64,000 bases of DNA, taken from positions 230,826,001-230,890,000 of the forward strand of contig OZ024743.1 in assembly GCA_964016885.1 (NCBI GenBank), read 5' to 3'. The position numbers and the translations under genes are program-made. Source of the stretch: Eledone cirrhosa (taxonomy: Eukaryota). The notes under the pieces were generated by a model that saw only the letters and a program-made list of their open reading frames with translations, was not told where the DNA came from and made no database searches. Shown here one piece after another: positions 54,545-64,000 of this stretch (the stretch's first letter is position 1; each line of letters begins with the position of its first letter).

Positions 54545-57500
54545 TGTTATACTTTGGGAGGGTCATGTTGCCAATAAGAAACACACGCACCAGTTGCTTT
54601 CTCTTTAATTTATTATAATAAATTTATAATAAATCTATAAATTTATAAATTTCTGGTTGGTTGGTTGGTTCCCCAACCAGATAGTTGTTTATATATAGTC
54701 ATAGTTCTTTTGTCACACACTCTGTGACCTCTTCAGTGACTGGGGATTCCTTTCTTTGTTTCTGTGCCTCTCCTTTGTTCTGTCCTACGCCATTTTGTTT
54801 CTGTGTGTGTGTTGTGTGCTCAGTCTGCGCATGCGCCACATCCGGGTGTCTGTGTGTGTTTATATTCATTTATTTATTTGTTTATATATATATAGAAAAA
54901 TCATTTACAAAACTACGCTGGAGCCTCAAAAACAAAAACAAAAACAAAAGCAACAATATACGCACACACATATACAACACACATCCCAACAACAACAGAC
55001 ACACAGACACAAACAACAATAACAACAACACACACACCAACAGCAACAACAATAACAACATACCCAGAAACAACAACAACAGACATGCAGACACAAACAA
55101 CAATAACAACACACACAACAACAATAACACACACGGAGACAACAACAACACACATCAACAACAGCACACATCAACAACAACAACACACACACATTCAATG
55201 CCTCTCACCACCACCACAATCTTAACAAACACACAGACACAGAAAACAAGTAATGGCACAGAAATCACAGAAATAAGGGAAAGTAATAGGATTAAAAAGA
55301 GAAGGGAGACTAAGGACAAAGAGAATAACCAAGACGAACACACAGACACACAAAATAGGGTAGATAACAACAATGAGCCAGTGGAAAGAGACAGGAGTAA
55401 TTATGAGAGACATAGAAACAACCATGAGGCTGTTGGTGGAAATAGAAATAGAAACAACACAACTAACAATAATAATAGCACTAGTACACTTAAAGCAGCA
55501 GCCTGGAACTCTACGTTTTATAATCCCTCCGATAAATCATTCGACCTGCGGCGAGTCCACGCCACGACTTTACCATTTAACAAACGCACGCAATTGCCGT
55601 CGCAGGTCGATGAACAAACAGAATCACAATTTAGTATAGCTAGATCCGAACTTAGAAATATTATAGAACAGTATAGCAAGAAGCATAATAAAATGGAGGC
55701 CCAGCAACTGGGAGAAAAATCTGCAAATGGCTTGCGTAAGCTCATGCAGCGCTCACGTAATGGAGAGATAGCATGCTTTCCAACAGACAAGTCTGGCAGA
55801 ATGTCGGTTGACAGCCTGCCAAACTACATCCAGGCAATGCAACCCCACATCACTAACACAAGAGAGGTAACACCACAGGAGCATGAGGATAGAGAAAAAG
55901 CCCTCAATGCCCATATGGTGATGTGGACGAATATAATGCAGCCCAACAAAATGACTGCCAACAACTTCCAGGCCTGGAAGAATGACGTGCCGGCGTTGTA
56001 TGGGCTTCGAAAAGACCATAACACGGGCTGTGACCCTGGCGCGGGACCACCAACACGGCCAGTCTGTGGAGCTAACATTGCTAGTAACTACAGACTGTCC
56101 TATTTCCTCTCCCTGATCATACGCCCCATCACTGAAATGTCCCCAGATGTATGTGACAGCACGGAGGACCTCCTCAGCAGAATCGGCGTGAGTAACCGAT
56201 CTGGGGACCTAACAAACTGTATAATAGGCAGTATGGATGTTGTGTCCCTGTATCCATCTATTGACGTGGATTTTGCTGTGGAGAAATGCGTAGAAATGAT
56301 CAGTGAGAGCAAGGTTGAGTTCCGTGGGATTGATACCAGTGAGCTGGGACTCCTACTTAAGCTTACCTATAGTAATAATTACCTAGACACATATGACCTT
56401 AGCAACCTGCGCCCTACAAGACCAGCAAGAGGCAGACAACCTACCATTACCTCAATGGCCAAGAAAACCCACACAGATAGATGGAACGGGTGGACCAGAG
56501 CCATACGGACACCCGAAAACCACGATGAACTGATGAAAATGATTGCACATGCGGTAGGGGCCAGCATAAAACTAACCCTTAAGGAACATATGTTCAAATT
56601 TAATGGAAAAACATATGCCCAAGAGGAAGGAGCAGCAATTGGTGTTAGCATTGCAGGCGACATAGCTAACTTATTCATGGTATGGTGGGACAGTAGACTT
56701 AAACTTAAACTTAAAGAACAATTAGAAGACCCCTTAACCCTGATAATGTACTCCCGCTACGTAGATGATATAAACATCCTAGTTAAGACACCCCCACTAG
56801 AGAACAGTCAGGAACTATAGAAAAACACAATGGAAAGCATCCAGCAAATAGAAAACTCCATCCACCGGAGCATTAGAGTTACTATAGACTACCCAAGTAA
56901 ACACCCCAACCATCGATTACCTGTACTAGACACAGAACTCTGGTTAGATACCATTAACAACAAAAAACAAATCCTCCATTCCCATTATGCCAAACCCATG
57001 ACTTCCAAACATCTGAACCACCGAAACTCGGCCGTTTCGGACCATACCAAAATCAACATACTGATTGCGGATTTGGTACGGGTGATGAGAAATGTGTCCC
57101 GCATGTGCAACCCCGAAGAACTAAAGAGACACATACAACACTTCATCCACCGTATGCAGTTCTCTGGCTACAATCAGAGAGATAAAATCACAGTGTATAG
57201 AGGAGCCAGAACCAAATGGGAAAAAATGGTAAATAATGACATAAATGGGACCTGCACCTTGTATAGGAGCAAATTTTGGAATAGAATAGAAAGAACTAGG
57301 AACAAGGCTAATAGAATAAACTCATGGTATGATAGCAATAAATACCAGAGTGTAATGTTCATCGATCCAACCCCTAGAGGTGAATTAGCTTACAAATTTA
57401 GAAGGGCCCTAAATAAACATAAACTCAATATTAAGATAGTAGAAAGACCAGATATCTCCGTAAAAACACTTATTAGCAAGACATAGCCTTTTCAAATACC

Positions 57501-58338
57501 CTCATGTATAGATAAGAAATGTATAACCTGTAAAATAAGCCCCCATATTAACTGTAAAACTAGAAATGTAGTGTATAGCATAATATGTACTGAAGGACAA
57601 TGTAGAGACAAAAATATAGTGTACATAGGTGAGACAGCTCGTAGTGTAGGGGAACGGATAAATGAACACTGGCGAGACCTTCAAGATAATAAAGAATCAT
57701 CTGTACTCTACCAACATGCTAAAATAGAACACAAGGGTAAATTAGAGAACATAGAAATAAAAATAGAATCTACACACAGAAAAGACGCAATGTTTAGACA
57801 AATTACAGAGGCAATAAACAAAAGAATTACAACCAAAATTAAATAGAAAATATGAGTGGAACAGCAACATCACAACTTACAATTAAGGACAAAATGAAAA
57901 CACACACACACATAGAACAAACAACCAACCAGTAACATGTAAATAAACAAATAAATAAATGAACATAAACACACACAGACACTCGGATGTGGCGCATGCG
58001 CAAACTAAGCACACAACACACACAGACACAAAATGGCGTACGACAGAACAAAGGAGAGGCACAGAAACAAAGAAAGGAATCCCCAGTCACTGAAGAGGTC
58101 ACAGAGTGTGTGACGAAAGAACTGTGACAATATATAAACAACTATCTGGTTGTGGAACCAACCAACCAACCAGAAATTTATAAATTTATGAATTTATTAT
58201 AAATGTATTATAATAAATTGAAGTGAAACAACTGGTGCGTGTGTTTCTTATTGGCAACAAGACCCTCCCAAAGTATAACGATATCGATTTCAATACACGA
58301 TTTCAGATAAAGAATCTTGCTAAACAAATTCAGAAACG

Positions 58339-58342
<4 letters not shown>
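54545..58342 (+). mobile_element. Penelope-like element (third RT type, possibly Nematis-like) with inverted 5' pLTR (54545-54885) and 3' pLTR (57885-58342)
   Basis: 54545-54885 is the reverse complement of 57945-58280; RT + GIY-YIG ORF between; (TA)n on both sides. Confidence 0.93.
54900..57885 (+). pseudogene. PLE polyprotein (Asn/Thr-rich N-terminal part, RT, C-terminal GIY-YIG) with two in-frame TAG stops and a terminal frameshift
   Basis: TDKSG, LYGLRKDH, TRPVCGA, GSMDVVSLYPSID, GAAIG, SRYVDDI, LPVLD, RMQFSGY, C..C..C..NC..NVVYSIIC..YIGETARS..ERI.EH; TAG at 56818 and 57484 (the latter is TAC in the 62.3 kb copy). Confidence 0.9.
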
Positions 58343-58377
<35 letters not shown>

Positions 58378-58790
58378 CATGAACACATATATATATGTAC
58401 GCATGGATTCACCGAACATTTATTATGATGCTCGGTGTGTTTGTAAACAAACATCCCGAATTGAGCCGTACAGTGTCTAGCAACTATCGTTGCTCATTTG
58501 TTCAACACTGGCTAAGGAACGCTGTACTAGTTTCAAAGCTTATTAGCTATCGTCAACAACGTATATCTTCCTGCCAGATGGTTGAACGTCTGAAAGTATA
58601 TACTTTCCTAATGCATATTAACGGCTGAGCAGCCTAATTTGCAGATCGAGTGAGTTAATCGGCCGGGGTACCGAAAACGTTAAACGGAAAAAAAGAAACG
58701 AAATTTCATTTCTCACTCTTAGTACAGCTGTTACTTAAATATAAGTATGTATACGTACATACATATATGTATACAGACGTACGGTAGTAT

Positions 58791-58892
<102 letters not shown>

Positions 58893-59014
58893 CGAAGGCA
58901 ATGTTGTAAGGAACCAGGTGCACCATAACGCACCAAAGTACTCAATACTTTTGTTTTTAGGCCAGAATTAGCCGTCGAAACGGCTTGAACTCAGCCGTCG
59001 GGGTCCTACTCGTT

Positions 59015-59074
<60 letters not shown>

Positions 59075-59389
59075 CACACATATATATATATGTACGTATG
59101 GATTCACCGAACATTTATTATAATGCCCGGTGTGTTTGCAAACAAACATCCCGAATTAATCCGTACAGCGTCTAGCAACCATCGTTGCTCATTTGTTCAA
59201 CACTGACAAAGGAACGCTGTACTAGTTTCAAGCTTATTAGCTATGGTCAGCAACGTATAGCTTCTTGCCAGATGGTTGAACGTCTGAAAGTATATACTTT
59301 CCTTATGCATATTAACGGCTGAGCAAATTTGGATATCGAGTGAGTTAATCGGCCGGTGTACCGAATATATATATATACATATTTATATA

Positions 59390-60140
59390 TATGAGAAAAT
59401 AGAGTGCTGCGTGATTGCACATGGGTTACATATGAATATAATTAGTCCTTCATCAGTGATCTTCCAACCTTGATTGTTATTTCATCGCTTTAAAAATAAT
59501 ATACCTCTGGTTGGTGCGAACAATAACTAAATAAAGTTATTGGGACAAGTAAAATAGGGTGTAGCGAGCGAGACATGTAAACAATCAAAGATGGTATTGC
59601 AACGGAAAGATAGGAAGAGACAAGTACATGATATCTATAAGCTTAAGCTTGGTGAAATCATGGAAGAGATATACAGACCATCCGACCTGGGTGAGATGTG
59701 AGAGAGAAAAGGATTTCACATAGGTCAACCGGGAGGAAGTGAGTGAGGGAAAGAAGCAGAGAGTGAGTGAGTGGAAGTGTGAGGAAGAGACCAGCTGAGA
59801 GAGAGTGTGACTGGCAGAGGAGGGGGGGGTAAAAAGAAGGTGAGAGATACAGAGAGAGGAGAAGCAGTAAGAAAGAAATAGACAATCGCAGCTGAGGAAA
59901 ATTAATAAATATAAGAAAAATGGAGTGCTGCGTGGTTGGACATGGGTAAAATTATGAGTAAAATTAGTCCTTCATCAGTGATCTTCCAACCTTCACATCT
60001 CACCCATGGTCGGATGGTCTGTATCCTATTTTACTTGTCCCAATAACTGTATTTAGTTATTGCTCGCACCAACCAGAGGTACATGATTTTTAAAGCGATG
60101 AAATACCAATGAAGGTTGGAAGATCAGTTATGAAGGACTA
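59390..60140 (-). mobile_element. Family C: ~1.2 tandem units followed by inverted pieces
   Basis: gagtgctgcgtg..attagtccttcatcagtgatcttccaacctt at ~59402-59472 and ~59923-59993; 59994-60140 is inverted. Confidence 0.75.
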
Positions 60141-60196
60141 CTTAGAAATAGCCGTCGAAACGGGTTGAGCTCTGCCGTCGGGGTCACACATTTTCC

Positions 60197-60267
<71 letters not shown>

Positions 60268-60648
60268 GCTTGTGTGTGGTTGCAACGTATATTTGTCGAA
60301 TTCATGTAAATTTTCTCTTTCGATATATTTTAATATAATTTGTTTCAGGACATTGGAGAAGCTCCGTGGAGTGATTTCATCACCATTTGGAGCTGCTAAA
60401 GTTTGAAAATGAAAATCCTACAATTCCACATAAAAACATAATTTTAACTTAACCTAAACTTCGGGTTATTCTGGTATGTTGTGAGAGAAAATTCAGCGCC
60501 TTCAACGACGGGGAATACGGCAAGTTTAATTATCTATATATGGTTATGAGGCAACATTTAATCATTATATATAATTAAGATTATTAAACACGCATAATTT
60601 TTTCGTTCAAATGAAGACAAACAGACACATACAAATATATATATAAAC

Positions 60649-60754
<106 letters not shown>

Positions 60755-60760
60755 ATATAT

Positions 60761-60813
<53 letters not shown>

Positions 60814-61074
60814 ACGACAGGAAAGTGAAACGAAGTGAGCCCATCCCCATCTCTTATTCACCCTCTCATTATTTCTGTCTCGTCCTGTTTTTGTACTTCT
60901 ATGTTGAAACTTTATGTTACTGGATAGTATTGCTGCTGCTGTTGTACATTGAATAGTACAAGCAAATAATTATTGCTGACGTTGCAGCATTTTTCTTTGA
61001 TCAGAGCCACCAATAAGTCGCCATAATACTGCCTTAAAACTAAATTTATTTTATTGATGTCAACCATTGTAACT

Positions 61075-61179
61075 CTTCTTCTTCTTCTTCTTCTTCTTCT
61101 TCTTCTTCTTCTTCTTCTTCTTCTTCTTCTTCTTCTTCTTCTTCTTCTTCTTCTTCTTCTTCTTCTTCTTCTTCTTCTT

Positions 61180-61210
<31 letters not shown>

Positions 61211-61246
61211 TTCTTCTTCTTATTCTTCTTCTTATTCTTCTTCTTC

Positions 61247-61282
<36 letters not shown>
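61075..61282. repeat. (CTT)n grading into (ATT)n microsatellite
   Basis: Read directly from the sequence. Confidence 0.97.
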
Positions 61283-61508
61283 TTTACATCCATATTCTCA
61301 TTAATTGTTATACACTAAAACAACCACTATCATTGATATAATCATTGTCGGCATCAAAAAGCTTCACATCGATCTTATCATCGGCATAGCAATACACCCT
61401 TCTCCTACTTCAGCATAAATATATATATAATATATATATATAACTATATATATTATATTATATATATATATATATAATTATATACATAAATATATATATA
61501 TATATATA

Positions 61509-62452
61509 TTGTTATACTTTGGGAGGGTCATGTTGCCAATAAGAAACACACGCACCAGTTGCTTTCACTTCAATTTATTATATATTTATAAATTTATGAA
61601 TTTATAAAACTACAAATCTACAAACTTATAAGTTTCTGGTTGGTTGGTTGGTTCCACAACCAGATAGTTGTTTATATATAGACATAGTCCTTTCGTCACA
61701 CATTCTGTGACCTTATCAGTGACTGGGGATTCCTTTATTTGTTTCTGTGCCTTTCCTTTCTTCTGTCCTACGCCATTTTGTTTCTGTGTGTGCGTTATGT
61801 GCTCCGTTTGCGCATGCGCCACATCCGGGTGTCTGTGTGTGTTTGTGTTCATTTATCTATTTGTTTATTTATTTACATGTTGTTGGTTGGTTGTTTGTTC
61901 TATGTGTGTGTGTGTTTTCATTTTGTCCTTAATTGTAAGTTGTGATGTTGCTGTTCCACTCATATTTTCTATTTAATTTTGGTTGTAATTCTTTTATGCT
62001 TACTGCCTCTGTAATTTGCCTAAACATTGCATCTTTTCTGTGTGTGGATTCTATTTTTATTTCTATGTTCTCTAATTTACCCTTGTGTTCTATCTTAGCA
62101 TGTTGGTAGAGTACAGATCATTCTTTATTATCTTGAAGGTCTCGCCAGTGTTCATTTATCCGTTCCCCTATACTACGAGCTGTCTCACCTATGTACACTA
62201 TATTTTTGTTTCTAAATTGTCCTTCAGTACATCTTATGCTATACACTACATTTCTAGTTTTACAGTTAATATGGGGGCTTATTTTACAGGTTATACATTT
62301 CTTGTCTATGCATGAGGGTCTTTGGAACGGGTATGTCTTGCTAATAAGTGTTTTTACGGAGGTACCTGGTCTTTCTACTATCTTAATATTGAGTTTATGT
62401 TTATTTAGGGCCCTTCTAAATTTGTAGGCTAGTTCGCCTCTAGGGGTTGTAT
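61509..62452 (-). mobile_element. 3' fragment (GIY-YIG + pLTR) of the 54.5-58.3 kb PLE family
   Basis: TPRGELAYKFRRALNKHKLNIKIVERPG..CIDKKCITC..YIGETARS..; C-terminus LQPKLNRKYEW. Confidence 0.92.
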
Positions 62453-62460
62453 TGATATCA

Positions 62461-62511
<51 letters not shown>

Positions 62512-62513
<2 letters not shown>

Positions 62514-62962
62514 GAGTGAATTTCTTGGTCAGTGTCCAACTCTCAGACCCATAGAGCAGCACAGACTCCACTACAGCAATAAAGAGGCGGATTTTCAGGT
62601 CTCCTCAAAGGTCCGACTTCCACACCGATCTCAAGCTGTGGCACGCCGCCCAGGCCTTGCTCTTCCTCACAACCACATCATCTTCCGTATTCCCAATCTT
62701 TGCTCCCAAATACAGGAAGTGACACAGAGGAGACTGAGGTTAGCTGGACATGCTCACCGACATCCAGAGTTGACATTGCACTCAGTACTCCTTTGCGAGC
62801 TCCTACATGGACACACTAGAAGAGAAATACCAAGGTTAACGTATGTTGATGCCCTAAGGACAGACACCGGTCTGTTGGAGACGCGGGACATGGCAGCGAT
62901 AATGAGGGACAGAGACAGCTGGAGACAACTCGTCCATGGATTTCAGGAATTTTACCCGCCTT
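62512..62962 (+). mobile_element. RTE LINE 3' fragment (same family as 4770-7832) with an inverted 5' segment
   Basis: 62719-62960 matches 7589-7830; 62512-62720 is the reverse complement of ~7266-7473. Confidence 0.9.
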
Positions 62963-62964
62963 AG

Positions 62965-63233
<269 letters not shown>

Positions 63234-63343
63234 ATATATATATATATATATATAGGTAAATTATTCCGGGTTGAATCGGAGGTGACCACAGTAAGTAAGG
63301 TACTCAATACATAGCAGAGTATAAAAGTTTTAATATACATGAG

Positions 63344-63390
63344 ATTCTACAGGACTAGAACTGTTTCATTCTTTAGAAATCATCAGGAAT
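63344..63390 (-). ncRNA. Type I hammerhead ribozyme with a full stem III
   Basis: Minus: attc-CTGATGA-tttc taaa gaat-GAAA-cag ttctagtc ct-GTA-gaat. Confidence 0.75.
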
Positions 63391-63442
63391 GTCATATATA
63401 CATATAATACATGTGTATATAAATATATATTTATAATATATG

Positions 63443-63804
<362 letters not shown>

Positions 63805-64000
63805 GTATCGTGAGAGAGTATATTTTTAAAGGGATAAGCGATACATATTGTTAGTTGCCAAAAGCTGGTGCATTTGTGCTCAATACTTGTTCCTACAGGG
63901 TTAAATATCGGAAGGGTTAATATTTAGCGGGCGAGAATATAATCAGACCAATTACAAATGAAAGTATTACAAAGGAGAATACATACTGTTAGAACATGTT

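Noticed and set aside
54685-54900. Hydrophobic Cys-rich N-terminus of the 711 aa ORF
   Set aside because: It is the inverted pLTR read in frame by chance, not part of the PLE protein.
56818-57486. In-frame stops as selenocysteine or readthrough (as in Naiad PLEs)
   Set aside because: Both stops are TAG, not TGA; one is TAC in the sister copy; EN cysteines are ordinary TGT codons and the EN is C-terminal.

Overview
AT-rich, gene-poor eukaryotic window, most likely from a cephalopod (Octopus-like; inferred from the repeat landscape only). It is built almost entirely of (TA)n/(CA)n/(GA)n microsatellites and retroelement debris, with no convincing host protein gene. It holds degenerate Penelope-like elements (PLEs) of about three RT/GIY-YIG types, two long RTE-clade LINEs plus fragments, an internally deleted mariner, Helitron-like non-autonomous elements, tRNA-derived SINEs and R4/Dong-like fragments. 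The main hidden signal is a dense set of type I hammerhead ribozyme (HHR) motifs, read by eye: about 30 copies from more than 10 sequence families. They lie in PLE pseudo-LTRs and in ORF-less 430-560 bp units inserted into (TA)n tracts as tandem, terminally redundant or inverted copies (retrozyme-like). In one family the 5' ends of three independent insertions fall about 0-30 nt after the predicted self-cleavage site. Several families carry shared non-canonical catalytic cores (U3-A8, A4, C4, C13). Most ORFs in the supplied track are microsatellite translation artefacts. Coordinates are hand-read; element boundaries are approximate.
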